A stretch of DNA of 56,108 nt, from positions 1 through 56,108 of IMG/VR virus record IMGVR_UViG_3300031565_000040, one strand, 5' to 3'. Within the stretch, counting starts at the first letter, position 1. Every line of letters begins with the position of its first letter. The DNA comes from a virus. Its lineage: Duplodnaviria; Caudoviricetes. The position numbers and the translations under genes are program-made. Shown one piece after another: positions 17,078 to 26,766 of the stretch. Under the pieces are notes generated by a model. That model ran no database searches. It worked only from the letters and a program-made list of their open reading frames with translations, and was not told the DNA's origin.

Positions 17078-17305
17078 ATGATAGAAACAACAGTAGAAAG
17101 TTCATTGGGTATTAGTCGATTGCGGGAATTTGTTGACGAGCAGCATCTTGAGCCGAAGGTAACGGCGGCGGTTCGTGATTCCCAAACCAAGGAAGTTCGC
17201 GTTGTCAAGGTTGGCAGGAATGAAAAATGCCCGTGCGGTAGTGGGGAGAAGTTCAAGAAGTGTTGTTTTTGGAAGGTTGGTTGTGGTGCTGAGGTAGTCT
17301 CGTAA
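17078..17305 (+). CDS. SEC-C motif protein
   Basis: [20 protein letters not shown], the SecA C-terminal metal-binding motif. Confidence 0.85.
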   Translation: MIETTVESSLGISRLREFVDEQHLEPKVTAAVRDSQTKEVRVVKVGRNEKCPCGSGEKFKKCCFWKVGCGAEVVS

Positions 17306-17517
17306 TGGAAGAAGTAATGATTAACGATTTAATATCGGATGGCATTTTGCCTGCTATCCACGCTCACAGAGAGGATGATGATTCGATAATAATTGAGTGG
17401 ATATTTCCAGATATTCGGTTTGGGCTTAACATTGAAAAAGACAAAAAGGAGTCTGGTTGGCACGTAGTAAGTAAACAAATAGCTGCATCCGGCCCTTTGT
17501 ATGAGGTAGTCTCGTAA
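17305..17517 (+). CDS. Hypothetical protein
   Basis: Bounded by junction motifs; ends EVVS like the previous gene. Confidence 0.7.
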   Translation: MEEVMINDLISDGILPAIHAHREDDDSIIIEWIFPDIRFGLNIEKDKKESGWHVVSKQIAASGPLYEVVS

Positions 17518-17665
17518 TGGGAAAACCCAACTTCAATAAAACATAACAAATTAGGGATATGGCAAAGGTAATCTCGTAATGTTCAATATTTCGGCAATAT
17601 TATTACTTATGATATGTTTTGACATTTGGCCTTTTGATGGTTGGCTTGAATGAGAAAGTCTCGTA

Positions 17666-17983
17666 ATGATTAGAGTGAAGTCTCGCAAAAATGGAATATG
17701 TCAGGATATGTGTGATTTCGGTTTTCATAGTTATATGCGGGTTCCTTTTTATGTGTGGCATGAAGACCCGGATTGTGAAGATACTCCAAGGGATATACCC
17801 AGCAACTTACGTAAGTATTTTGCCAGTCTTGCCGAACAGGGTGTAATTCTCAGTGATAGGCAGAAGGCGTGGTATGTGAATATGCTTGCACGCAGACTTA
17901 ATGACGTTGAGTTAATGAAGTTTGAGTACCCGTCAACAGAGGAGGAATTTATATTTTTTGGTCGAGATTATAGGGAAGCATAA
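17666..17983 (+). CDS. Stand-alone fragment homologous to the mid-region of the terminase large subunit
   Basis: FYVWHEDP..YFASLAEQG..QKAWY..LMKFEYPST.EE aligns with TerL FYAWHQDP..YFEELAEKG..QRAWY..LMKQEHPST.DE. Confidence 0.75.
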   Translation: MIRVKSRKNGICQDMCDFGFHSYMRVPFYVWHEDPDCEDTPRDIPSNLRKYFASLAEQGVILSDRQKAWYVNMLARRLNDVELMKFEYPSTEEEFIFFGRDYREA

Positions 17984-19651
17984 ATGAAAATTCGAGGCAT
18001 ATTAGTCTCGATAATAATTGGGTTACTTTTGCCTGGGGGGGCAATGTTACCGAAGACGAAGGCACAATTGAAGAAATGTTTAAACACGAAGACGTGGCGT
18101 AAAAACCATCTTTACACCATAGTCGATGAGGGCGGTACGAAGATGCCTTACCGTCAGAGGCCGGTTCAAAAGGAATTTGCCGCCGACACTCATCCCCTCA
18201 AAGTCGTTTTGAAGTCGCGTCAGCACGGATTTTCAACCGAGACCGATATTGACATGCTCGATGATTGTCTTTTCATTCCGAATTTAGTATGTGGTATTAT
18301 AGCTCATACCAAGATAGATGCCGAGGAGATATTCAATTCCAAGGTTAAGTTGCCTTATCATGCATTGCCCGATTTTATAAAGTTACAAAACAAGGCATTG
18401 AAAGATGATGCCTGCACTTTAAGGTTAGCAAACGGTTCGAGTATAAGGGTAGCGGTGGGATTCAGATCGGCGACGACTCATCGTCTTCACGTTTCGGAGT
18501 TAGGCAAGATATGCGCCAAGTACCCCAAGCGTGCGGAGGAGATAAAGACGGGAACAATGCCGTCTTTGCACCCCCAATTTGGCAGTAAGGCCGTAATAGA
18601 GGGAACTGCCGAAGGTGCGGCGGGCGACTTTTACGATTTATGCACCCACGCCCAGGCCGAGACCGCCCAAGCCGAGAAGGAAGGTCGAAAATTAAGTCCT
18701 TTACAGTACAAGTTCCACTTTTACGCATGGCATCAGGACCCCAAGAACTCGATTGAGCCGTTAGGTATAACGATTAGCGATGAATTGAATGGTTATTTCG
18801 AGGAATTGGCGGAGAAGGGTATAGTCACGAATTTAGAACAGCGTGCGTGGTATGCGGCCAAGAGGGATGGTGCCGGCGGTTTGGGTAAGTTAATGAAGCA
18901 GGAGCATCCATCTACGGTAGATGAAGCCTTTGAGACTTCGGTTAGCGGCGCGGTTTACGGCGATGAGATGGAAAGGGCGCGGGCGGAAGGCCGGATAGGA
19001 TTTTACCCGTGGGTAAGAAATATTCCGGTACATACATTCTGGGACTTGGGATACAGGAACTCGACTTGTGTCGGGTTCGTTCAGTTTATTAAGGAACAAA
19101 TCAGGATAATAGACTATTATTGTGAGAGGGGCCGGGGCGCGCCTTATCACGCCTCTCAGGTCAATAAGAAGGACTACAACTACTGCGAACATCACATGCC
19201 CCACGATGTAATGAGCCATGAGAAGGGTACGGGCATCATCTTAAAAGACACCTACCAGTCTTTATTAAAAGAACCTATTCGCACCGTCCAGCGTCCGAGG
19301 TTGAAAAAGGACTCCATAGAGGCTTTATCGGACATCTACGATTCGATATGTTTCAATAGCAAAACGTGCTGCGTTGTCGTCGAGGGTCACCCTGAGAAAA
19401 ACTTAATCAAGTCTTTAGCTTATTACAGGTACAAGTGGGATGAGGACCTTAAAGTCTATAGTAAAGACCCGATGGGCGATTGGGCGGCCGACCCTTCGGA
19501 TATGATGCAGACTTTAGCGTTACAGTACAGGTGGGGAAATATAAACGGCGAGCGTTTAGGTTATCCGAAGGCCATTCCCATCGAAATAGATGACGATGAT
19601 TACGATCCTTACGCTCATAAGGTGCTGGAATTCGGGAGGCGCAGGGTATGA
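17984..19651 (+). CDS. terL: Terminase large subunit (alternative start at 18044)
   Basis: LKSRQHGFST Walker A, LHVSE Walker B, EGTAEG, WDLG nuclease, MPHD, DWAADPSD. Confidence 0.95.
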   Translation: MKIRGILVSIIIGLLLPGGAMLPKTKAQLKKCLNTKTWRKNHLYTIVDEGGTKMPYRQRPVQKEFAADTHPLKVVLKSRQHGFSTETDIDMLDDCLFIPNLVCGIIAHTKIDAEEIFNSKVKLPYHALPDFIKLQNKALKDDACTLRLANGSSIRVAVGFRSATTHRLHVSELGKICAKYPKRAEEIKTGTMPSLHPQFGSKAVIEGTAEGAAGDFYDLCTHAQAETAQAEKEGRKLSPLQYKFHFYAWHQDPKNSIEPLGITISDELNGYFEELAEKGIVTNLEQRAWYAAKRDGAGGLGKLMKQEHPSTVDEAFETSVSGAVYGDEMERARAEGRIGFYPWVRNIPVHTFWDLGYRNSTCVGFVQFIKEQIRIIDYYCERGRGAPYHASQVNKKDYNYCEHHMPHDVMSHEKGTGIILKDTYQSLLKEPIRTVQRPRLKKDSIEALSDIYDSICFNSKTCCVVVEGHPEKNLIKSLAYYRYKWDEDLKVYSKDPMGDWAADPSDMMQTLALQYRWGNINGERLGYPKAIPIEIDDDDYDPYAHKVLEFGRRRV

Positions 19652-19818
19652 GTTTATTCGATACACCTCCCAAACCGATAAGTCCGAGTCCTCCGGTGAT
19701 AATACCGGGCGAATCTCAAACCAAGCCGAAGACGAAGAAGAAATACCGGCAACTAATGGCTATGGATAAGGAGTTACAATTAGGAGTGGCGGGCAAGACA
19801 TTGGGGAGCGGTAGTTAA
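19648..19818 (+). CDS. Small Pro/Lys-rich virion protein (T7 gp7.3-like position)
   Basis: MSLFDTPPKP...GKTLGSGS; coupled to the TerL stop. Confidence 0.55.
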   Translation: MSLFDTPPKPISPSPPVIIPGESQTKPKTKKKYRQLMAMDKELQLGVAGKTLGSGS

Positions 19819-19949
19819 GAGGTTTGATATATAATGCCTAAGAAGACAGTAAACGGAATAACGTACCACAAGACAGGTGGCAAATGGAGACGTGTAGGGA
19901 AGAAGAAACGTCGCAAAGGGAGTCTGATGGGCAAATGAGAGGTTAAGGA

Positions 19950-20069
19950 ATGACACCATTTCAAGCTCTACTTTATGGACTGTTGTGTTTTACGGTAGGT
20001 TATTTATTTAGAGAATTTGAAAAATGGCTATTAAAAAAACCAGAAGAACCGAACGAGGTTAAGGAATGA
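19950..20069 (+). CDS. 39-aa single-TM protein
   Basis: MTPFQALLYGLLCFTVGYLFREF...EPNEVKE between junction motifs. Confidence 0.6.
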   Translation: MTPFQALLYGLLCFTVGYLFREFEKWLLKKPEEPNEVKE

Positions 20070-20557
20070 TAATTAAGACACTTATCAAAATATCTTTTGT
20101 TTTGTTTATCGCCTGCCTTTTATTTTGGTTAGTTTATTTCATTGGTTTGGATTCCGAGCCAAACGAACCGATGTTTACGAATTGTACGTTTACTGAGTCG
20201 AATGAGCCTATCAATGAAACATTTTTTGATACGAATGGTGTGTCAAGGTCGATAGAAGTTAAACACGGTGATCATGTCGATTTTATGACAAGCGGTACGT
20301 GGACTGGATGCTTAATTTTCGAGTATTCCACTGATGAAATAACGTGGATAATGGAAGAACATCCAATATTTCTGAGTTGCAATAATAGGAATTATCAATA
20401 CTCAGATTCTGCAAATGAAAGCAATTATGGAGAGGGTATGGCTCTCGGTTTTTATCGTTGGAACATGATTGCCATGTTAAGTGGTAGATGTAATTATAGT
20501 TGGAACAAACGAATAGGTTCTATGATTACTACCGATCCGAACGAGGTTAAGAAATGA
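20066..20557 (+). CDS. Membrane-anchored protein with beta-rich ectodomain
   Basis: N-terminal TM identical to that of the 20822 gene. Confidence 0.8.
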   Translation: MIIKTLIKISFVLFIACLLFWLVYFIGLDSEPNEPMFTNCTFTESNEPINETFFDTNGVSRSIEVKHGDHVDFMTSGTWTGCLIFEYSTDEITWIMEEHPIFLSCNNRNYQYSDSANESNYGEGMALGFYRWNMIAMLSGRCNYSWNKRIGSMITTDPNEVKK

Positions 20558-20832
20558 AGAAAGAACAAAAAGCGAGCTTATATATCTTATTTTACTTACT
20601 ATTCTTGGGATTATGGTTCTTCGGAGTTTACGACTATATTTGGGAAAAATACCAAATTCATCGACTAACACCAGATTTAAGAATAAATATCATCGGCCTT
20701 GATAAACCGGAACTTGATAAGAGATATTATCATTTCGTTACAGATTACACCGAAAGCGGATTGCCGTTAAAAGGCGGAGTTGGCTTTACTAAGGAAGAAT
20801 ATGATGCTACGAGGTTAAGGAATGATAATTAA
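20554..20832 (+). CDS. Membrane-anchored hypothetical protein
   Basis: N-terminal TM helix. Confidence 0.7.
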   Translation: MKKEQKASLYILFYLLFLGLWFFGVYDYIWEKYQIHRLTPDLRINIIGLDKPELDKRYYHFVTDYTESGLPLKGGVGFTKEEYDATRLRNDN

Positions 20833-21364
20833 GACACTTATCAAAATATCTTTTGTTTTGTTTATCGCCTGCCTTTTATTTTGGTTAGTTTATTTCATTG
20901 GTTTGGATTCCGAGCCAAACGAACCGAACGAAACAAAGATTCATGGCAAGCCCGGTTGGTATGGCGAACCAAATCTTAGCCAAGACATGAGATTTAATTG
21001 TTATTGTGGCCAAAAAGTATGGATAAATTCTATGTGTATTTATCCTATTGATCGCGATTACCCCCTAAATTCTGAACCATATTTATATAAATGTCCTAAA
21101 TGTGGACGGATTTGGATATTAAACAAAAGCATGATCTGGTGGTTGGACACAACTTCGCCAGGTCTATTGAACAGAGCGAGAACGGACGAAAATTTGAAAA
21201 AAGCATTATTGATAGTCAATCCTAACATTAAGTGTTTTCACGAATTGCTCGAAACAGATTATAGTGTGACACCGGGGGAAAATAAGTGTATTAAATGTGG
21301 TAAAGTTTACAGTGATGGCGATGGAAGGTTACTACGTGTCGACCCGAACAAGGTTAAGGAATGA
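20822..21364 (+). CDS. Membrane-anchored Cys-rich protein
   Basis: Same first 35 aa as the 20066 gene; CxC and CxxC motifs. Confidence 0.8.
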   Translation: MIIKTLIKISFVLFIACLLFWLVYFIGLDSEPNEPNETKIHGKPGWYGEPNLSQDMRFNCYCGQKVWINSMCIYPIDRDYPLNSEPYLYKCPKCGRIWILNKSMIWWLDTTSPGLLNRARTDENLKKALLIVNPNIKCFHELLETDYSVTPGENKCIKCGKVYSDGDGRLLRVDPNKVKE

Positions 21365-21441
21365 ATGAGAATTTTCAGATTACTTAGGGCTATTCTCGTT
21401 GAGTTAATAAATGATATAGAGGATTTTACGAGACACATGGG

Positions 21442-21627
21442 ATGAGACGAAGAGACTATGGATATAGTTTGATTGATTTTCGCATGTTGAACCGGTTAAA
21501 TAGATTGGAGAGATTGCGATTAGAATGGGAATCAAAAAGACAAGAGATATGTGGATTCTTTGGGTTCCTTGCAGACTTATATTGGAGAAATGTAAGAGTG
21601 CCGGACTATAAGGAATTCAGGATATGA
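21442..21627 (+). CDS. Hypothetical protein
   Basis: Flanked by the 16-bp repeat ATGAGACGAAGAGACT (21442 and 21624). Confidence 0.55.
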   Translation: MRRRDYGYSLIDFRMLNRLNRLERLRLEWESKRQEICGFFGFLADLYWRNVRVPDYKEFRI

Positions 21628-21890
21628 GACGAAGAGACTTTAGGTGTGGGCAATGAAGAAGAATGATAAAAATGAATTTATTAAATCTTATCCAACAGAA
21701 GTTTCAATAATTTGTGCCCCTTTGAACAGAAACTTTTGTTCAGGGTGTACTACTTGGCATGGGCCGCATTGCAAATATGCAAATTATTATAAAGGAAAAT
21801 GGCATCCTCGGTAACAAAAAGTTCAGGAGTATATGGAAAATAAATTAATTTAAGGCCGGTAGGTTCTCAAATGGGGGGGATTTACCGGCT

Positions 21891-23666
21891 ATGGGGGGCC
21901 TAATGGGGGCCGAGTATAAGGACAAGACGTTCTACGAGCGTGTAATGATGCGCCACGTTGAAATGGCGGAGGACCGGAAAAACTGGGATTCTCAGCGTGA
22001 GGTAATTGTCGAATATTACCGTCCCGACATTACGATATATTCAGCCAAATCATCTTCGGAGACCGGCAAGTTCCTTCACGAAGATTTAGTTGAGGGTACG
22101 GGTTCGTGGTCGGCTGCGGTAATGGCGAGGGGCTTTCAGGGTTCTATGGTCGGCCCGACCCTTCAGTGGCGTCAAAGCCAGATGAAGCAGATGCGGTTCC
22201 GCGGCAACGACTCTCTAAACGCATGGCTTCAGCGGGGCGATGATTACATGCTCGAAGTCTACCGGCAGAGCAATTTTTACGAGATAATCGGCCCTGATGT
22301 CCTCGATGGTATCACCGTGGGTTCCCCCGTAATGTTAATAGAGGAAGATGAGGCCACCGGCAAGATAATATGCAAGTTGCCCCATTACAAGGAGAATTAC
22401 CTCAAGCGCGACTGGTTCGGTAACGACATTGCTTATCACAGATTATTTGAAGTTACCGGCATGAACGCGATGATGGAGTTCGGGATTGACAATCTTCCAC
22501 CTGATATTCAGCAGAAATTAAGGAGCGGCGACCACAAGACAAAAGACAAGTACCTTATGGTAGTCTACCATGAGGACGACCCCATCTTTAAGGATTTGAA
22601 AGAACCCGAATTAGACAGGCCGGACAATTCAAATCTTCTATACACTCCGAAGCGCGTTCCGGGCAGGCCGTGGCAGATGTACTATCTTCCCTATACCTGT
22701 ACCGATGACCGATACAAAGGCGCACTGCCCCACGGAGTACCCGCCTATTGGTACAAACCTTTCGCCGCATGGCATTATTTCAGGAATCCCCACGAGACCT
22801 ACGCCCGTACTCCCGCGTGGTCGGCGATATACGATGAGAAGGCCGGTCAAGCGGCGTGGACGGCTCTTTATGATGTAGCGGAGTATTCGGCCCGGCCCCC
22901 GATGATAGCTCTTCAGGAGGCCAAGAGACGTACAAAAGCCGTACCCGGTAAGTTCTCATGGGCTATGTCGGATAACGAATGGGACAGGGCACCGAAGCCC
23001 CTTATAACGGGCATAAAATATCCTGATACCACAAACTTTGTGGATAGGATAGATGCGAACCGCAAAAGGCATTTTCACATTGATTTATTCAGAATGTTAG
23101 ATGAATACCACCGCGAGCACAAACAGCCTCCCACCGCTTACGAAGTTGCCCAGATGTTAGCCGAAAAGAACGTCCAGATAGGCCCGGCGATAGAGTCTTT
23201 CGACAGGGGTCTTTTGACCCCGGTGGACGAGCGGTTCATGGAGATAGAGATAAGGTCGGGAAGGTTCTGGAATCAGACCGATCCGCCCGATGAGATATAC
23301 GAGACGGACGGCGAGACTATCCCTCAGTTCACCGGACCTTTGGCTCAGGCCCAGAAACTGTCGGTGGTAATGAGAAGGGTGACAGACAATCTTAGTATGG
23401 TCGCCCCGATATTTGAATTATGGCCCGATGCAAGGGACAAAATCAACGCCGGTATTTTAGTCGAACGGATACTTGAGGAAGGCGGATTCTTCCAGGATGC
23501 CATCGTACCGCAGGAGAAATTCGAGAAGATACAAGAGGACAAAAACGCCATGCGTCAGCGCCAATTGCAACTCGAACAGATGTCTATGATGGCCGATGCC
23601 GTTCCGAAGTTGCAGGGCGCAACTCAATCCGGCAGTCCCATGAAGATATTGGAGTCGGCGGCATGA
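21891..23666 (+). CDS. Portal (head-tail connector), T7 gp8 / Bbp21-like
   Basis: Size; E.YARTPAW, TAYEV....EK...GP, F.GPLAQAQK motifs; position. Confidence 0.9.
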   Translation: MGGLMGAEYKDKTFYERVMMRHVEMAEDRKNWDSQREVIVEYYRPDITIYSAKSSSETGKFLHEDLVEGTGSWSAAVMARGFQGSMVGPTLQWRQSQMKQMRFRGNDSLNAWLQRGDDYMLEVYRQSNFYEIIGPDVLDGITVGSPVMLIEEDEATGKIICKLPHYKENYLKRDWFGNDIAYHRLFEVTGMNAMMEFGIDNLPPDIQQKLRSGDHKTKDKYLMVVYHEDDPIFKDLKEPELDRPDNSNLLYTPKRVPGRPWQMYYLPYTCTDDRYKGALPHGVPAYWYKPFAAWHYFRNPHETYARTPAWSAIYDEKAGQAAWTALYDVAEYSARPPMIALQEAKRRTKAVPGKFSWAMSDNEWDRAPKPLITGIKYPDTTNFVDRIDANRKRHFHIDLFRMLDEYHREHKQPPTAYEVAQMLAEKNVQIGPAIESFDRGLLTPVDERFMEIEIRSGRFWNQTDPPDEIYETDGETIPQFTGPLAQAQKLSVVMRRVTDNLSMVAPIFELWPDARDKINAGILVERILEEGGFFQDAIVPQEKFEKIQEDKNAMRQRQLQLEQMSMMADAVPKLQGATQSGSPMKILESAA

Positions 23667-23932
23667 GTGACGAGAAGAAAATAGAATCTGAAAAAAGGTA
23701 CAGGCGGAAACTTATAGAAGGTTTTACCAAATCGCCTGAATTATTGAGCCGGATAATTGCAAGGCTCTTCTGGCGGGTCGGCCAGCCCGACCACTTGATT
23801 TGTGTAGAGCAGTTCATTACGGATGTGAATATTCTTGCAGGTGACAACATAATGTGTCTTTGTGACGATATAGCGAAAGTTATTTTGGAGAATGTAAAAG
23901 ATGTCAGTAATGCCGATGATACAGATTCCTAA
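23663..23932 (+). CDS. Hypothetical protein (Bbp19-like position after portal)
   Basis: ATGA coupling to the portal gene. Confidence 0.65.
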   Translation: MSDEKKIESEKRYRRKLIEGFTKSPELLSRIIARLFWRVGQPDHLICVEQFITDVNILAGDNIMCLCDDIAKVILENVKDVSNADDTDS

Positions 23933-24104
23933 AGTGCATTTTTTCGGAAGAAGGATATTTTGTGAGTTAAAACCTACAGATAACCCTGATATGCTCGGAA
24001 TCGAATTAAGCAAGGTACTTATGAAGGCAATAACGAACGAAACAACCAAAAAAACAAAAGAGTTACTCAATCCGAAAGGTGCGAAGATAATCCAACCCAA
24101 TTAA
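23901..24104 (+). CDS. Hypothetical protein
   Basis: Fills the operon gap. Confidence 0.55.
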   Translation: MSVMPMIQIPKVHFFGRRIFCELKPTDNPDMLGIELSKVLMKAITNETTKKTKELLNPKGAKIIQPN

Positions 24105-24114
24105 GGAAAGACTA

Positions 24115-24693
24115 ATGAACGAAGAAAGAATTAAAGAACTGAAAAACGAATGTCTCCGAAAGGATGGTAAGCCAAGAGCGAATTGCGACCGTGAAAAGTT
24201 GATAGAATTAGTGACTCTTCAGGCGGAGAAGCCCGATGGCCCGATAGTTGAGGCCGCCCCGGACAAAATAGAAAAGCTTCAGGCCGAATATGACAAGCTC
24301 GTAAACATAATTTTCGACCGTACCGACGAGGATAACCCGAAGCTCAGGGAGGGTGTTACCGAAAAACAACTTGCCCGCTGGCTTTCATTAAGGGATATGA
24401 TACGCCAGAAGGAGCCGGAGCCGGAGAGGATAGAGACGAAAGTTCTCAAGGACGGCAGGACCGAGGTAAAGGTCAGGAAAGGCCCGCCCGTTTTCCTCGA
24501 AGGAAAAAATGAAAAGGGATGGAAGGTATTGGCCCAGATAATGCCCGCCGGCGGGAAAGTGAAAGTCAGGGGTTACACGGCATTTCGCATCGCGAGGGGA
24601 ACTGAAAGGACGCCTTACATAGCACCCCCGGCCAGTAACGCCAATCCGAACGCGAAAGTAATGCGGAAGGGCAAACCTAAATATGACATTTAA
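24115..24693 (+). CDS. Hypothetical head-module protein
   Basis: TAAGGA RBS. Confidence 0.8.
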   Translation: MNEERIKELKNECLRKDGKPRANCDREKLIELVTLQAEKPDGPIVEAAPDKIEKLQAEYDKLVNIIFDRTDEDNPKLREGVTEKQLARWLSLRDMIRQKEPEPERIETKVLKDGRTEVKVRKGPPVFLEGKNEKGWKVLAQIMPAGGKVKVRGYTAFRIARGTERTPYIAPPASNANPNAKVMRKGKPKYDI

Positions 24694-24704
24694 GGAAGAA
24701 GACT

Positions 24705-25598
24705 ATGAAGAAAAGATTTAGAAGTTGCTGGTCATTTGGCAATCCGTTCAGTTTACGTTTTCTCGAAGGTGAAGGCGGTGAAGAGGGTGGAGGCGACCCG
24801 CCCGTTCTTTCAGTTGACCTTGACGGTCTCAAAAGTCACAAGGGCGCGGATGGTCTTAACTTTTTTAGTGACGAGCATCTTGAGAAATTAAACCTGTGGG
24901 GTTCGGACGACCCGACGAAGGCGAAGTTCCGCACGGAAGACGGTAAGTTGGACGTTCCGAAGATAGTAAAAAGTCTTTTGGAGCGTGATAAGCAGATAAC
25001 CAAGATGGCAAGTCCCTTACCGGAAGATGCCACGGAATCTGAAAGATTTGAGTACCGCAAGAATCTTTCGAGGATGTTGGGAGTGCCGGACACACCGGGT
25101 GATTACAAGCCAATCATACCCGAAGGCGTTGATATTGACCAGGATGCTCTTAATGAATATTTGATAGGGGCACACAAGCATAATCAGTCCCGCGAGTCTG
25201 TTCAGTTTGCCGTAGATACCCAACTCAAAATGTTAGCAAAACGGGAGGAAAAGCACCAGCAGAATCTCGGCAAACAAAACGAAGAGTCCGAGATAAAGAT
25301 TAAGGCCCACCTGGGCGGTGCCGACAAATTCGCTGCCAATGACCAACTCTTGCAGAGGTACATCCACGACTTTACCGAGACCGATGAGCAGTTCGATATA
25401 GTCTTTGAAGGTATCAAAAATACTCTCTTTTCCGGTGGTGAACCTGTAAAGACGGCCATTATGAAGGCTTTATGTCACGCCGCCGAACAGTTCAAAGGCG
25501 AGGCCAAGACTATTTACTCGGACGCCAAAGAACGAATAACCGAAGAGCAGTCTCTTAAAGAGGAATTTCCTAAATCACACGAAGACTTAAAAGATTAA
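24705..25598 (+). CDS. Capsid scaffolding/assembly protein
   Basis: Acidic helical protein with LGVP..P.DY motif, directly before the MCP. Confidence 0.8.
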   Translation: MKKRFRSCWSFGNPFSLRFLEGEGGEEGGGDPPVLSVDLDGLKSHKGADGLNFFSDEHLEKLNLWGSDDPTKAKFRTEDGKLDVPKIVKSLLERDKQITKMASPLPEDATESERFEYRKNLSRMLGVPDTPGDYKPIIPEGVDIDQDALNEYLIGAHKHNQSRESVQFAVDTQLKMLAKREEKHQQNLGKQNEESEIKIKAHLGGADKFAANDQLLQRYIHDFTETDEQFDIVFEGIKNTLFSGGEPVKTAIMKALCHAAEQFKGEAKTIYSDAKERITEEQSLKEEFPKSHEDLKD

Positions 25599-25600
25599 AA

Positions 25601-25735
25601 ACCTGATTCAGACAACTCGCGCAAGCGAGCCTGATGCTTAGAGGCTAAAGCGGCCTCCGCGAAGCACGCGTTAAGTGTCAGGGGAGCCTGAAAGCTCAGA
25701 TAACTCTCCGAAACGTGAAGTAAGTAAATACGAAT
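25601..25735 (+). promoter_or_regulatory. Structured leader upstream of the major capsid gene
   Basis: CTCGC-GCAA-GCGAG tetraloop, GAGGC/GCCTC and GAGC/GCTC stems, twice TCAGA(C/T)AACTC. Confidence 0.45.
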
Positions 25736-25747
25736 TGGAGAATTATT

Positions 25748-26749
25748 ATGAGCGACCACGATTTTGGTACAAGATACCATTTAATCCAGTTGGCGAAGCT
25801 CGACGACAAGAGTCCTCTCAGTCGTTTCGCCAAAGTGCTCAGTGAATCCAATCCCATACTCGGTGACATGCCGATATACCCCTCCAATGAAATTCTGGGC
25901 TATACCGGTACGCGCGAGACCAGCCTTCCGACCCCTGTGATTATCAATGTCGGGGAAGGATGGGACGCCAGCAAGATGGAATGGGACAGCTTCACTGAGG
26001 TAATTTCAATGTTCAAAGACCGGATAGACGTTCCGCGTGATGTTCTTCGTATCCAGAAGAATAAAGCGCAAAAGATGCGTCTTATCCGCCAAAGGCATCA
26101 GGAAGGTTTTTCGCAGGGCGTTGCCAACCATCTTATCAACGGTTCGAGCGTAGCCAGTCCGCGTAAGTTCGACGGTTTGGGCATAAGGTATAAAACACCC
26201 GACGCCTCGGATGTTCTCAGTCCGACCAACGGCGATTACGGCGTCTACGATATGGGAGGCACGGGCGACGATACAACGAGTATCTGGCTCATCCAATGGG
26301 CCGAGGACAAGATTTGCGGTATCTGTCCGCAGAACGACCCTCATAAAGGTATTCGCATCGAGGACATGGGCAGGCAGTATTACACCGCCGAGAATTCCAA
26401 ATCCAATATCTGTTTAAGAACGGAGTTGGAATGGGATTTGGGACTTTGTGTAAGCGACTATACGGCCTGTGCGAGGATAAGGAATGTTGAGGTATCTATT
26501 GATTCGATGGATACTACCCTTTGGAAAAAAGTCATCGAAGCGAGGAACAACTTCAAGGGTTCCGAACCAGTGTGGATGTACTGCTCTCGAACCATCCTCA
26601 CTCAACTCGACATCATGTCGGTGGAGAAACAGAACGTCTTTTACGACAAGAACAACCCGTGGGGCACCCTGCGCCTGCGATTCCGTGACATGCCGATAGG
26701 CAAATGCGATTGCATCAGTGAGTCTGAGACTGCGGTTGCCGCGGCATAA
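25748..26749 (+). CDS. Major capsid protein (Bbp17-like, HK97 fold)
   Basis: LSESNPILGDMP, FDGLGIRY, GGTG...TSIWL..W, FRDMPI..CD.I..E. Confidence 0.9.
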   Translation: MSDHDFGTRYHLIQLAKLDDKSPLSRFAKVLSESNPILGDMPIYPSNEILGYTGTRETSLPTPVIINVGEGWDASKMEWDSFTEVISMFKDRIDVPRDVLRIQKNKAQKMRLIRQRHQEGFSQGVANHLINGSSVASPRKFDGLGIRYKTPDASDVLSPTNGDYGVYDMGGTGDDTTSIWLIQWAEDKICGICPQNDPHKGIRIEDMGRQYYTAENSKSNICLRTELEWDLGLCVSDYTACARIRNVEVSIDSMDTTLWKKVIEARNNFKGSEPVWMYCSRTILTQLDIMSVEKQNVFYDKNNPWGTLRLRFRDMPIGKCDCISESETAVAAA

Positions 26750-26766
26750 AGAAAGGAGGCACTCTT

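Larger units (their letters stand above)
16749..17668 (+). repeat. Junction motif (GAGG)TAGTCTCGTAATG, five copies plus a variant
   Basis: At about 16749, 17291, 17503, 17566 and 17657; variant at 16987; TAATG couples stop to start. Confidence 0.9.
19939..21364 (+). repeat. Junction motif (CCGAAC)GAGGTTAAGGAATGA x5, plus a 119-bp exact repeat (20053-20171 = 20809-20927)
   Basis: Copies near 19939, 20049, 20537, 20809 and 21344. Confidence 0.92.

Noticed and set aside
20053-20927. Diversity-generating retroelement TR/VR pair
   Set aside because: The repeat is exact with no adenine-specific mismatches, and no reverse transcriptase is encoded in the window
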